Source: an uncultured Gammaproteobacteria bacterium (GTDB lineage: Bacteria; Patescibacteriota; Microgenomatia; CAZETR01; Amesbacteraceae). Taken from it: 64,000 nucleotides of DNA. Shown in pieces: positions 44,405-54,151 of the stretch. Location: NCBI GenBank assembly GCA_964366335.1, contig CAYITQ010000001.1:41336-105335 (forward strand), in the 5' to 3' direction. Position numbers and translations under genes: made by a program. Each line of letters starts with the position of its first letter. Positions within the stretch are counted from its first letter, which is position 1. The notes under the pieces are model-generated. The model saw only the letters and a list, made by a program, of their open reading frames with translations. It had not been told where the DNA came from and made no database searches.

Positions 44405-45412
44405 TTATTTTTCCCAACCATTAGGTCGGTTAGTGTACCAACACATCAAGGCTTTGACAGAATCTTCTATACTCCTTTCAGGCCTCCACCCTAGGAGTTT
44501 TTTTGCCTTGTGGTTTGAAGCCGTTATTTTGGCATCCTCTCCCAACCGAGAAACACCTTTATTAATTTTTAATTTGGATCCGGTAATATTTTGTACTATC
44601 TTGACTATTTCTAGAACAGAACTACCCTTATTTGTACCTAGATTGATAATTTGATTTCCTTTCCCTTCCAATAATAATTCCAGGGCTTTTAAATGAGCTA
44701 TGTTTAAGTCCACCACATTCACATAATCACGTATGGGCGTGTTATCTTGAGTATTAACGTGAGAACAAGTCAAGAAAAAAGGTTCCAACCCCATTGCTCC
44801 ACGGACGGAATTTTGCATCATATGAATAGATGGTTTTTTAGAATCACCAAAGTCACCATTATCACTGGCTCCACAAACATTAAAGTATCTCAAAATCATA
44901 TAATTAATACCCAGTGACTTGCTGAACCATTGGACAATTTGTTCAGACATTAATTTAGATTGACCATATGGATTACTGGGAACAGTGGGGTGATTTTCGT
45001 CAATGGGTACCCGCGTAGCCTTATCATAAACTGTACATGACGAAGAAAACACTATGTTTTTAATTTTAAACTTAACCATCTGGTTTAACAGATTGTTAGT
45101 TCCGGCAGTATTGACAGAAAAATATTTATATGGACTGAGCATTGATTCACTTACAGAGCAAACTCCAGCATAATGTATAACTGCTTTAATATTCTGCTCT
45201 TTATTAAACACATCAGAAAGATCTTCACGAATGTCCCGGGCATAAAAACGGATTTTTTTACTACCGTACCGCTTCATAAGTAACTCAAGAGGCTGACGAT
45301 AACCAGAAGAAAAATCGTCTACTACTACCAATTCGTACCCACCATCCAATAATTGTTTACAAGCATTTGAACCAATATATCCTCCACCTCCGGTAACTAA
45401 AATTTTTATCAT
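44405..45412 (-). CDS. galE: NAD-dependent epimerase/dehydratase, UDP-hexose 4-epimerase (GalE)-like
   Basis: ILVTGGGGYIGSNACKQLL Rossmann motif. Catalytic YGQSK (YxxxK). 335 aa extended-SDR length. The stop abuts the convergent methyltransferase stop with 0 nt spacing. Confidence 0.8.
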   Translation of the reverse strand: MIKILVTGGGGYIGSNACKQLLDGGYELVVVDDFSSGYRQPLELLMKRYGSKKIRFYARDIREDLSDVFNKEQNIKAVIHYAGVCSVSESMLSPYKYFSVNTAGTNNLLNQMVKFKIKNIVFSSSCTVYDKATRVPIDENHPTVPSNPYGQSKLMSEQIVQWFSKSLGINYMILRYFNVCGASDNGDFGDSKKPSIHMMQNSVRGAMGLEPFFLTCSHVNTQDNTPIRDYVNVVDLNIAHLKALELLLEGKGNQIINLGTNKGSSVLEIVKIVQNITGSKLKINKGVSRLGEDAKITASNHKAKKLLGWRPERSIEDSVKALMCWYTNRPNGWEK

Positions 45413-46086
45413 ATAGAATTTGCAATTTTTTTAACTGCAAGTAAACCTATAGAATATTTTGGGTTTCTCTTAGTATACAAATGATGAGTTATTTCTACTA
45501 AGATTCCCCAAACCAAGGCCCAAAAAAGTTTTGGTTTCCACCTTAGCTCCGCTTCGTCAGTCCTTAGTATATTACAAAATTTAGTGCCATATATACCTTC
45601 TACACAGTAGCCTCTGTTTATAAAATCCTCAATAGTCCATCCTGAAAGATGCGCCTGGAGCTTGTTGTCTTTATTGTATTGGGGGATAAAGCCATTTGGT
45701 GTGACTAAAATTACTTTTTTTCGTGCTGCCCTTTCCATATCATCAAGTAGTTTATATCCATCATCTTTTTCCAGATGTTCTATCACGTCCAGTGCCACAA
45801 CCGCATCAAATGATTTTTTCTTTACCAAAAAATTCAGCTTTTTTATATCACCTAGTATATAAGCGTTATGGATTTTACGTTTTTTACTCTCTTCAATCGA
45901 AGGCTTATAAGCATCTACACCAACAGTAGTATATTTTTTTTCCAATAAACCAATTGGCGAATCATTCCCGCAACCAACATCTAAGATTGTCTTGCAATCT
46001 TCCAAGTGTTTTTCGACTTCTAATACGAAAGTTGCCAAAACAAAACGGGGAAAAGTTTTTTTAAATATCCTAATAAATCTTTTCAT
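45409..46086 (-). CDS. class I SAM-dependent methyltransferase
   Basis: ILDVGCGNDSPIG ... FDAVVALDVIEHLEKDD. Confidence 0.75.
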   Translation of the reverse strand: MKRFIRIFKKTFPRFVLATFVLEVEKHLEDCKTILDVGCGNDSPIGLLEKKYTTVGVDAYKPSIEESKKRKIHNAYILGDIKKLNFLVKKKSFDAVVALDVIEHLEKDDGYKLLDDMERAARKKVILVTPNGFIPQYNKDNKLQAHLSGWTIEDFINRGYCVEGIYGTKFCNILRTDEAELRWKPKLFWALVWGILVEITHHLYTKRNPKYSIGLLAVKKIANSI

Positions 46087-46102
46087 AAGGAATATGGATT
46101 AA

Positions 46103-47050
46103 TCATTTTTTGATTCCTCGTAGGATCACGATGTCTCCGACTTTTAATTTATCCAATATCCACTCTATCGGATATAAAATAACAAAAAGCAAAGTATACT
46201 TATTAGTATCCATTTTTTTCTTAAATATTTCATTTAGAGTGTAAATAATACTTCTACCCAAACCGTCACTTGAACAATATACCATAGACAGATGTGAAAA
46301 GCCTTCAGTTTTAACGATCATTGATAGCGTATTAGGCGAAAAAACAAAAAGATGTCTCGGTATATCCAGATTATACCAAAACTTGCCAAACAGTTTACTT
46401 ACCGCACTATCGATATTTGGGGTTCCTAATATGACTTCACCTCCCGGCTTCAGCTTCTGGTAAATGAGTTGTAAACAAGCTCGAGGATTAGGTATATGTT
46501 CGATTACATGATACAACCGAATACAGTCAAAATAATTGTTCGGAAAGTTCGATATCTTTTCATACCCACCCAACTTAACGCTCACGAGCCCTCTTTCCCT
46601 GGCTACTTTTACAGCGTTTTTGTCAATTTCAAGTCCATACACGTCCCAGTCTAACTTTTTCAGAAGTGCTAGGGTTGTACCCGAACCACATCCTACATCA
46701 AGGATTTTTGCGGATATACTTTTTGGTTTTTTGGGTATTGCAGGAACTCCCTGGACAAGAACAGAAAAAATCCTACTTAAAATTGTTGGTTCGTAATAAT
46801 GTCTTATGAGGTACGAACGGAATTTACTTATAAGTCCACTGAGCCCCTTAATCGACATTTTGTAAGAATAATATTGTTGGCGTGGATAGTGTTTTCTTAA
46901 TACTTCTTGTGATGGTTGTGGATCCAAAAAAACCAGACCGCACCCGTGACATCTTTTGACATCAAAAAATGCCGGAATGTCAAACATTCTGTCCCTTGTC
47001 TTAAAAAGGAGGGAAAATATTTTTTCTTTACAGACAATACAACTTGACAT
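46103..47050 (-). CDS. class I SAM-dependent methyltransferase with an N-terminal Cys4 zinc-ribbon
   Basis: CIVCKEK...CHGCGLVF followed by ILDVGCGSGTTLALL ... FDCIRLYHVIEHIPNP. Confidence 0.75.
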   Translation of the reverse strand: MSSCIVCKEKIFSLLFKTRDRMFDIPAFFDVKRCHGCGLVFLDPQPSQEVLRKHYPRQQYYSYKMSIKGLSGLISKFRSYLIRHYYEPTILSRIFSVLVQGVPAIPKKPKSISAKILDVGCGSGTTLALLKKLDWDVYGLEIDKNAVKVARERGLVSVKLGGYEKISNFPNNYFDCIRLYHVIEHIPNPRACLQLIYQKLKPGGEVILGTPNIDSAVSKLFGKFWYNLDIPRHLFVFSPNTLSMIVKTEGFSHLSMVYCSSDGLGRSIIYTLNEIFKKKMDTNKYTLLFVILYPIEWILDKLKVGDIVILRGIKK

Positions 47051-47051
47051 C

Positions 47052-47822
47052 TTAATTATTTTTTCTAATTATCATTATAAAGCCCTTGGAGAAATTCCAA
47101 AAAAATGGATGGAGACGAATAAGCTTTAATCCCAGTTTTTTTATAAGAGTGAAGCCTAGTTGGTTTTTACCACAACCAATATAGGCACTATTTTTGTCAA
47201 ATGGCAGAATAAATTCATATTGACAATCGTATTGATCAAAAAAGGTCTTCATGCCTCCATATCCCCGTGAATAGGAGCAATCTTCATATGATTTTTTTCC
47301 TTTTGTTAATTCTAAATATTTATTTGCAATTGGTAATGGTAGCCACGACAAGAACGGCAAACCATAATGTTGTTCAAAGAGCCAATATTTATTCGGAGCA
47401 GTCAGATAAATAATCCCGTTCTTATTGAGAAGGGAAAATATGCGGTCAAAACCCTGTTTTGGGGTAGACATATGTTCAAATACTGTAAAATGAGTGACGA
47501 GATCAAATTTAGTTTTTGATTTAAAATCTTCAATTTTGGAATGGAAAAACTTTAGATTTTTCGACTCGCCCTTTTTTTGAACAGCTGTTTTGTAAGCATC
47601 TTCAAAGGGTTCTACCCCTGTTACATTCCAAAAAAATTTTGCCATTTCTGTTGAATATTCTCCATGTCCGGAACCCACATCCAATACAGATACAGACTTT
47701 GGGGGTTTATTTAAATAGCGTTTACTGGCCTCTAGCACCTCTTTGACTGCTCCTTTTACAATCTCTCCTTCTCCCCCCCACGGATTTGGGGGTAGCCCAT
47801 AACGATCTGTATGATTAGCCAT
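47052..47822 (-). CDS. class I SAM-dependent methyltransferase
   Basis: VLDVGSGHGEYSTEMAKFF ... FDLVTHFTVFEHMSTP. First gene of a minus-strand methyltransferase x3 plus GalE string. Confidence 0.75.
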   Translation of the reverse strand: MANHTDRYGLPPNPWGGEGEIVKGAVKEVLEASKRYLNKPPKSVSVLDVGSGHGEYSTEMAKFFWNVTGVEPFEDAYKTAVQKKGESKNLKFFHSKIEDFKSKTKFDLVTHFTVFEHMSTPKQGFDRIFSLLNKNGIIYLTAPNKYWLFEQHYGLPFLSWLPLPIANKYLELTKGKKSYEDCSYSRGYGGMKTFFDQYDCQYEFILPFDKNSAYIGCGKNQLGFTLIKKLGLKLIRLHPFFWNFSKGFIMIIRKNN

Positions 47823-47862
47823 CGCGTTATTTTCACATAAAATCGTGGTAGAATCAACAGCA

Positions 47863-48579
47863 ATGGCTAGGCCTAAACTGACGATTTTCTTTCCTTATCT
47901 CAACGATTGGGGAACAGTAGGAAGTATGGTCTTATTGGCGTCTGCTACAGCCAAGAAAATTACCGACAACTTTGAAATATTGGTAGTTGATGACGGAAGC
48001 GATATTTCATCAGCAAAGGCCTTAGATCAAATTAAACCCCTAGTACCGCAATTGAGGGTGATTCGTCACTCGAGGAATACCGGATATGGGGGAGCTTTAC
48101 GTGCGGGTTTCACGCATGCTCGTGGTGAATTAATTTTCTATACTGATTGTGACGCCCAATATGACGTCAGGGAATTGCTATCTTTATATCGTGCCTATAA
48201 ATCCGGAATCGGAATGGTCAACGGTTATAAGCTAGAAAGACATGATCCTTGGTACCGGATAGTTTTGGGATTGGTTTATCAGCATTTAGTGAAAGTTGCT
48301 TTTAGATTACCAATCATTGACACCGATTGTGATTTTAGATTGATTGAAAAAAAAGTGTTTGACAAAGTAAGATTATTTGAAACAACGGGAACAATTTGTG
48401 TTGAACTCGTCAAAAAAATTAGCCATTTCGGTTTTAAGATTGTTGAGGTACCTGTAAATCATTATGATCGCCCGAGTGGCTTTAGTCAGTTTTTCAATCT
48501 TCACAGACTGTATAATACTTTTGTAAACTTAGGAAAGTTATGGTGGAAATTAAACGTATTGCAGGATTATTTGCACTGA
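47863..48579 (+). CDS. family 2 glycosyltransferase (DPM1/GtrB-like)
   Basis: LTIFFPYLNDWGTVGS...ILVVDDGSDISSAK...DCDAQYD. ATG at 47863 (the ORF track starts at a GTG at 47845). TGgTAGAAT extended -10-like element at 47846-47854. Confidence 0.65.
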   Translation: MARPKLTIFFPYLNDWGTVGSMVLLASATAKKITDNFEILVVDDGSDISSAKALDQIKPLVPQLRVIRHSRNTGYGGALRAGFTHARGELIFYTDCDAQYDVRELLSLYRAYKSGIGMVNGYKLERHDPWYRIVLGLVYQHLVKVAFRLPIIDTDCDFRLIEKKVFDKVRLFETTGTICVELVKKISHFGFKIVEVPVNHYDRPSGFSQFFNLHRLYNTFVNLGKLWWKLNVLQDYLH

Positions 48580-49835
48580 TTATCGGGGTGGGTTTGCTGT
48601 TGCGACAAATATCTTTCTTTCCTTATCCCGAGATGCTTACTGAAACTTATTTTTTGTCCAAGGGGATGCTGCCCTATGTTCAAATAAACGATCAGCATTT
48701 CCCGGGTTTGTCTTTATTACCTGTCAATTTGAGAACATTGGGGTTTGATAATATAGAGAAATTGCGGTGGTTACATTTGGGTCTGATTGGATTTACAACT
48801 CTAATATTATATAAATTGATAGGGAAATTACGTTGGATTGTTCTTTTTCTAGTCTTTTTTCTGCTTTGGGAGGGGAACACTCTATGGGTAGATTCTTTTG
48901 TGACGCCTCTGGTTTTATTGGTATTTTATGGGTTATGGTCAAAAGGGTCATTTAAATCCGTACAAAATATATTTTTAACAGGAACTTTATTGGGTATAGT
49001 GTTGGTATTTAAACAACATGCTCTTATAATTTGTGTGGCAGTCGCAGTCTGGGTTTTGGATCAAAAAGTTTCCTGGAAGTATTGGCTGGGTTTTGTGATC
49101 GGTGGAATATTGCCGATGAGTCTTGTAGGAATATATTATTATCAATTGGGAGTATGGCCAGATTTTTGGTTTTGGACAGTGGTTCACAATTTGACTGGTT
49201 ACACATCTTTGGAAGGAAGAATTCCAGGATTGGGGGAATTGGCAAGGTTTTCGCTCTTAGCAGTCCCCGCTGCTTTTGGGCTGCAAGGGTCGGCTGGTTT
49301 GTTTATTCTGGCTAGTCTAATATATTTAATTCCGCGCTTTGGTCTGATTCATGCTCAAATAGCCCTACCGTTATTAATTTTTTTACTAAGTTTTAAACCT
49401 CGGCTCTATTGGCCAATAATGGGATTAGCATTGTTGTTAATGGCTCGTATCTTTGCCAAAGAAATTCCAGGAAAAGTCCTTTTTTATGATCAATCGGCAA
49501 TGCTTACAGTAGAGTATGTCGAGGAAAGGGTTGACAAATCCCGCCCTATTTATGTCTATGGAGTAAATGACAATATTTATCATCTAACTAATACTCTCCC
49601 CCCCAATAGATTCTGGATAGAACTTCTGCGAGGAAATATAATCCCTGGCGTCGAAGAACGGTTGATACAAACTCTAAAAATAGATCCGCCACAATTTGTA
49701 TTGGTAGATAGACAAGCGAGTATTGATGGAAAAAAAGTGTCAGAATTTACGCCACAAATATGGCGATATTTACAAATGAACTTTATTTTTAAAGAAAAGT
49801 TATCTAATGATGTCGAAGTTTGGTATCCGATATGA
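48540..49835 (+). CDS. polytopic membrane protein (possible GT-C-like)
   Basis: 431 aa, about 11 TM helices. C-terminal soluble ~100 aa. Confidence 0.45.
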   Translation: MVEIKRIAGLFALIIGVGLLLRQISFFPYPEMLTETYFLSKGMLPYVQINDQHFPGLSLLPVNLRTLGFDNIEKLRWLHLGLIGFTTLILYKLIGKLRWIVLFLVFFLLWEGNTLWVDSFVTPLVLLVFYGLWSKGSFKSVQNIFLTGTLLGIVLVFKQHALIICVAVAVWVLDQKVSWKYWLGFVIGGILPMSLVGIYYYQLGVWPDFWFWTVVHNLTGYTSLEGRIPGLGELARFSLLAVPAAFGLQGSAGLFILASLIYLIPRFGLIHAQIALPLLIFLLSFKPRLYWPIMGLALLLMARIFAKEIPGKVLFYDQSAMLTVEYVEERVDKSRPIYVYGVNDNIYHLTNTLPPNRFWIELLRGNIIPGVEERLIQTLKIDPPQFVLVDRQASIDGKKVSEFTPQIWRYLQMNFIFKEKLSNDVEVWYPI

Positions 49836-52618
49836 AAGTTAAATTAATTTGGTTTGGAATAATGGCACCTATTTTGACATTTGGAGCAATATTGCTGGCC
49901 ACCGGGCACAGTGGTCGTGCAGATCAAATATTTAATATTTCAATGTCGGTCATATTAATAACAATAATCCTACGCTTGTTTAGCCAAACAAAGTTAGATA
50001 ATATTTCTATCGAAAAACAAAACGTTCTAATTTGGCCCTTGTTAGCTGTAGTGTTTTTGATCGTGTTCAAATCTTTTTTCTTTTCATCTTTTGCTAATTT
50101 GGGTAATGATTCCAATTTTGTTTCTCCTTCGCTTCTTAAAAATATGTCAATTATGCCGCAGACCTGGGAATCGGAGCTCGGAGGAGTGGACTTGGGTCAC
50201 AATCAGGTGGTTAATATGTGGATGCAACCGCTCTGGATTTTTATTTCGGGTTTAGCCAGGCTTGGAGTGATATACCCGCTATTGGTTAAAGGGTTAATGA
50301 CAATTCAAATATTGATTGGATCTTTTGGTATATATCATTTGTTCAAAAAACTAAATATGGCCAGTTGGACTATACCCATAGGGGTAATATTTTATTTTCT
50401 CAATACCTATTATTTAGTTAATGTCGATGGAGGGTTGATATTTCTTTCTTTTGCGTACGCGTGCTTTCCTGGAAGTCTATATTTATTCATAAAACTTATT
50501 GAAAATAATACATTTAAAAATTGGTTGCTTTTTAGCTTTTGGGTAGTTATGGTATCTTTTTTTGATATTCGAAGTACAGTTTTAACATATGTGACAACTT
50601 TTATTTGGATAATTATTGTAAAGAAGTATCGTGGTCTACTTTTGCTTTTGGGGGTAGGATTGTTTTTAATTACAAGTCACTTTTATTGGTTGTTGCCAGC
50701 GTTAAAGACGGGCGTATCGTTGCCAACATCTTATGTATCCAATAATAGTGTTGAGCAATTTAGCTTCTTTTCTTCTGGTCACCTGTTGTTTGTGTCTCAA
50801 CCCCATTGGTATTCCAATGTTTTTGGAGACATTCAAATTCCCAGGTGGTACTTTGTGGGCATTCCTTTGTTGATTGTACTGGCTTTGGGGTTTGCAAAAG
50901 TGACTCAAAAATATAAATTGTTCATATGTTTGACGATCATTGGGCTGTTTTTGATGAAAGGTGGTCAACTTTATCTCTGGTTATACAAATATTTACCAGG
51001 ATTTGTATTCTTTCGTGATCCATCTAAATTTAGTCCGCTATTGACTTTGGGTTATGCCGGTCTGATATGTATGGCACTCGATATTTTGGGAAAAAGATTA
51101 CCCAAATTTAAAAACCTACTTTTACTCAGCGCAGGCGTCTATTTTTTCGCCATGGTTAGTCCTGTTTATACAAATCGTACTACTGGGGCGTTTGTACGCT
51201 CACCCTCAGAGGTTGATTACGAAAAGTTCTCTCAAACGATCAAACAAAAAGACTTTTCTAGGGTACTTTGGTTGCCTACCAAACCTCCGCAGGCAGTTGT
51301 GGATTTGTCACCAGTCTGGACTGAGGCAGGATGGTTATTGGCAAAAAGACCTTTTCTTTCAGCTATCGATGGGACTTATGAACTATATAATTTTGTACGG
51401 GCCTCCGAATCAGCGAGCTTATTTGATGTGACGGGCATTAAATATCTCTTGTATCCGCAGTCAGACCAGCGTAAACACATCCTCAAACCGGATGAGAAAG
51501 AATATTATCAATGGCAATATGATTGGTTTAAATCACAAAACTGGTTAAAGGACATTTCACCATTTGAAGGTTTGGGGGCTTTTGAGGTGGCAACAGTGTC
51601 AGGAAAGTTTTACCAGCCAAAAGACTGGTTATGGGTTGTCGGTCCCGATGACACATATTCACAACTATCCAAATTATTCAACTTCAGATTGGCTGATATA
51701 GGAGTCACCCATCTTAACAATTTTACTCCTAATTTAACAAAATCGGATGGATATCTATTCTTTAATAAAGTTGGTTTTTTGGATTTAGTAATGACCCAGG
51801 TAGAGAAAAAGAATCTAATCGGTCTTTATCCTTTTGTGTCTCCAACAGCCGACGGTAGGAAAGAATGGTGGGGAAGAGATTTAGGCAATTTTCTCTTCGT
51901 GAAAAATTATCTCAGAGATCACTATGAAGTAAATAACAATGACTATGACTTAGAAATGGGTTATGTAATAGCCGAGGGAGAGAAAACTTTACAAATAAAT
52001 CACAATTTTTCGAAAGGACATATATTTGCTAGGATACTTCAGAGTCGAGCGGGAGGTAATTTAGAATTTGTTCTTAATAATAAACAGACGACATTTACCA
52101 CTATTTCAGATAATGAGGTGTTGGTGTGGAAGGACCTCGGGGTATATCCGGAAATAACAAAAATTGAAATAAAAAGCATAGGATTAATAAATATGATCAA
52201 TGCTCTGGCAATTATTCCAGAATCAGAATATGAGCAATTGATAACAAGTGCCAAATCAGTTGTATCTACATCAAAAGTCATCACAGACCTAAAAAGTCTG
52301 TCAGGGACTATTTTCAACTCACCTGAAATACCTTATTCTAAGATTAGCCAAACGGAATATCGAATCGAAGTTCAAAATGCACCAACATGGGTTGTGTTTT
52401 CGGAGTCATACGATCCCAAATGGCAAATAAATGCGCCTAAAAGTTCTCCAATACCGGCTTATGATATGTTGAATGCATTTTGGGTCGAAAAACCAGGCTC
52501 GTACCGTATATTCTATACTCCGCAAATATGGGTCAAGCGGGGTCTGGGAATAACAGCTGGAATATTTTTGCTATCAGCGTTTGTTTTATTGTGGAGGTAT
52601 AAAAATGGAAAAATCTGA
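49832..52618 (+). CDS. giant YfhO/AftD-like GT-C-type membrane protein (third member)
   Basis: About 930 aa. Multi-TM N-domain. C-terminal domain with FSESYDPKWQ (compare FNSRFDPNWS / FNSRFDQQW in 34095/37198). Final TM anchor. Confidence 0.55.
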   Translation: MKVKLIWFGIMAPILTFGAILLATGHSGRADQIFNISMSVILITIILRLFSQTKLDNISIEKQNVLIWPLLAVVFLIVFKSFFFSSFANLGNDSNFVSPSLLKNMSIMPQTWESELGGVDLGHNQVVNMWMQPLWIFISGLARLGVIYPLLVKGLMTIQILIGSFGIYHLFKKLNMASWTIPIGVIFYFLNTYYLVNVDGGLIFLSFAYACFPGSLYLFIKLIENNTFKNWLLFSFWVVMVSFFDIRSTVLTYVTTFIWIIIVKKYRGLLLLLGVGLFLITSHFYWLLPALKTGVSLPTSYVSNNSVEQFSFFSSGHLLFVSQPHWYSNVFGDIQIPRWYFVGIPLLIVLALGFAKVTQKYKLFICLTIIGLFLMKGGQLYLWLYKYLPGFVFFRDPSKFSPLLTLGYAGLICMALDILGKRLPKFKNLLLLSAGVYFFAMVSPVYTNRTTGAFVRSPSEVDYEKFSQTIKQKDFSRVLWLPTKPPQAVVDLSPVWTEAGWLLAKRPFLSAIDGTYELYNFVRASESASLFDVTGIKYLLYPQSDQRKHILKPDEKEYYQWQYDWFKSQNWLKDISPFEGLGAFEVATVSGKFYQPKDWLWVVGPDDTYSQLSKLFNFRLADIGVTHLNNFTPNLTKSDGYLFFNKVGFLDLVMTQVEKKNLIGLYPFVSPTADGRKEWWGRDLGNFLFVKNYLRDHYEVNNNDYDLEMGYVIAEGEKTLQINHNFSKGHIFARILQSRAGGNLEFVLNNKQTTFTTISDNEVLVWKDLGVYPEITKIEIKSIGLINMINALAIIPESEYEQLITSAKSVVSTSKVITDLKSLSGTIFNSPEIPYSKISQTEYRIEVQNAPTWVVFSESYDPKWQINAPKSSPIPAYDMLNAFWVEKPGSYRIFYTPQIWVKRGLGITAGIFLLSAFVLLWRYKNGKI

Positions 52619-53324
52619 ATATCCCCGAATATTTGTGAGTGAAGGAACCCATTTTTGGTATCGGGTAAACCGTGAGTTTAGCTTGGATCTTATTGATAAA
52701 TATTGTCACTTACCAGCCAAGAGTCAAATCTTGGATGCCGGGTGTGGTGCAGGGGGAACAACTATGGCTTTGAAAAAATATGGTCATGTTACCGGCATAG
52801 ACGCACATTCCTTAGCCATTAAATTTTCCAGAAAATATCCGATTGACCGTTTAATTAAAGCAGATGTAAACAAACTACCTTTTTCAAAGGAAAGTTTTGA
52901 TCTAGTGACTAGTTTTGATGTTTTGTATCATAAAAATGTAAACCCAACAAAAGCGTTGGAAGAGGCGTACAGAGTTCTAAAGAAAAATGGTTGGATCTTG
53001 ATTCGTGTACCAGCATTTAAATTCTTGCGCGGAGGTCATGATACTGTGGTACAGACAGGTAGGAGATTCACGGCAACCCAGTTAGCCAACTTAGTGAAAA
53101 GCCAAGATTTCAAAATTGATTACATATCGTATTTTAATTTGACCTTATTTTTTCCCAGTTTGTTTTGGAGAAACTTAAAATCGTCACAAAGCTCCGATGT
53201 TCGACCGCTCTGGTCACCTTTAAACTGGTTATTATATATAATGTTAAAAACAGAAGCTATACTGGCTAAAGTTATAAAACTTCCATTTGGAACCTCAGTT
53301 TATTGTTTGGCTCAAAAGGTATGA
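52605..53324 (+). CDS. class I SAM-dependent methyltransferase
   Basis: ILDAGCGAGGTTMAL ... FDLVTSFDVLYH. ATG at 52605. Confidence 0.75.
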   Translation: MEKSEYPRIFVSEGTHFWYRVNREFSLDLIDKYCHLPAKSQILDAGCGAGGTTMALKKYGHVTGIDAHSLAIKFSRKYPIDRLIKADVNKLPFSKESFDLVTSFDVLYHKNVNPTKALEEAYRVLKKNGWILIRVPAFKFLRGGHDTVVQTGRRFTATQLANLVKSQDFKIDYISYFNLTLFFPSLFWRNLKSSQSSDVRPLWSPLNWLLYIMLKTEAILAKVIKLPFGTSVYCLAQKV

Positions 53325-54151
53325 AAATATCTGTCCAGATGATAGTTAAAAACGAAGAGAGGTGGATCTGGTATTCACTAATGTCGGTTATTGATTATGT
53401 GGATGAAATTATGGTCTGGGATACTGGTTCGACAGATAATACTGTGAATATTATTAAATCTATAGCCAATCCCAAAATAAAATTCAAGCGGGTAAATCAA
53501 AAGAGCGCTTCTGAATTTACTATGTTTAGAAATAAAATGTTAAACGAGACAAAAGCGGATTGGCTGATGATTCTGGATGGTGATGAAATTTGGCCGCAAC
53601 AATCCATCAATAAAACTGCAAAATTTATTAAAAGTAATAAAATTCAAAACTTGGAATATTTAATCCATCCTTATTACGATCTATTGGGAGATGTTTATCA
53701 CTATCAGGAACCCGGCGGGGGAAAATATCACATAGACAAGTATTCAGGCCATATCACTATCAGATTTTTTAATTTATCTCTTCTATCCGGGCTTCATTTT
53801 GGCAAGCCCCATGGTCAGCAGGGAGTCTTTGATCAAAATCAAACGCTTGTCCAAGACCGCGTACCCCGTAAATATAAATTCATGGATGATTGTGCTTATT
53901 TGCACGCTACCCATTTACACAGGTCGCCCAATGACACCAACGTCATAAAACGCAATTTTAAATTTAAATACGAAATGGGCCTAAGATTTTCTGAAAACTT
54001 TGCATATCCTGTGTCTTTTTATCTGCCCCATTCACCGGAAATTGTTTCCGTCTGGAAACCGGCAGATCTTTCTTATTGGCTCAAGGCTTCCTGGCAGACT
54101 CCCCTCAAATGGCTACGCCGTAAAATTTTTGCTTCGCCTTCAGGCTATTGA
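53321..54151 (+). CDS. GT2-like glycosyltransferase (KNEE-motif subtype)
   Basis: ISVQMIVKNEERWIWYSLMSV...IMVWDTGSTDNT...LDGDEIW (DxD). Confidence 0.6.
   Translation: MKISVQMIVKNEERWIWYSLMSVIDYVDEIMVWDTGSTDNTVNIIKSIANPKIKFKRVNQKSASEFTMFRNKMLNETKADWLMILDGDEIWPQQSINKTAKFIKSNKIQNLEYLIHPYYDLLGDVYHYQEPGGGKYHIDKYSGHITIRFFNLSLLSGLHFGKPHGQQGVFDQNQTLVQDRVPRKYKFMDDCAYLHATHLHRSPNDTNVIKRNFKFKYEMGLRFSENFAYPVSFYLPHSPEIVSVWKPADLSYWLKASWQTPLKWLRRKIFASPSGY

Noticed and set aside
40265-49594. Shared 13-mer CCCCCCCAATAGA in genes 37198-40719 and 48540-49835
   Set aside because: With a 64-kb window, tens of 13-mer coincidences are expected by chance. Both tracts encode Pro-Pro-(Ile/Asn) in frame, and the C7 runs are shorter than typical phase-variation tracts.
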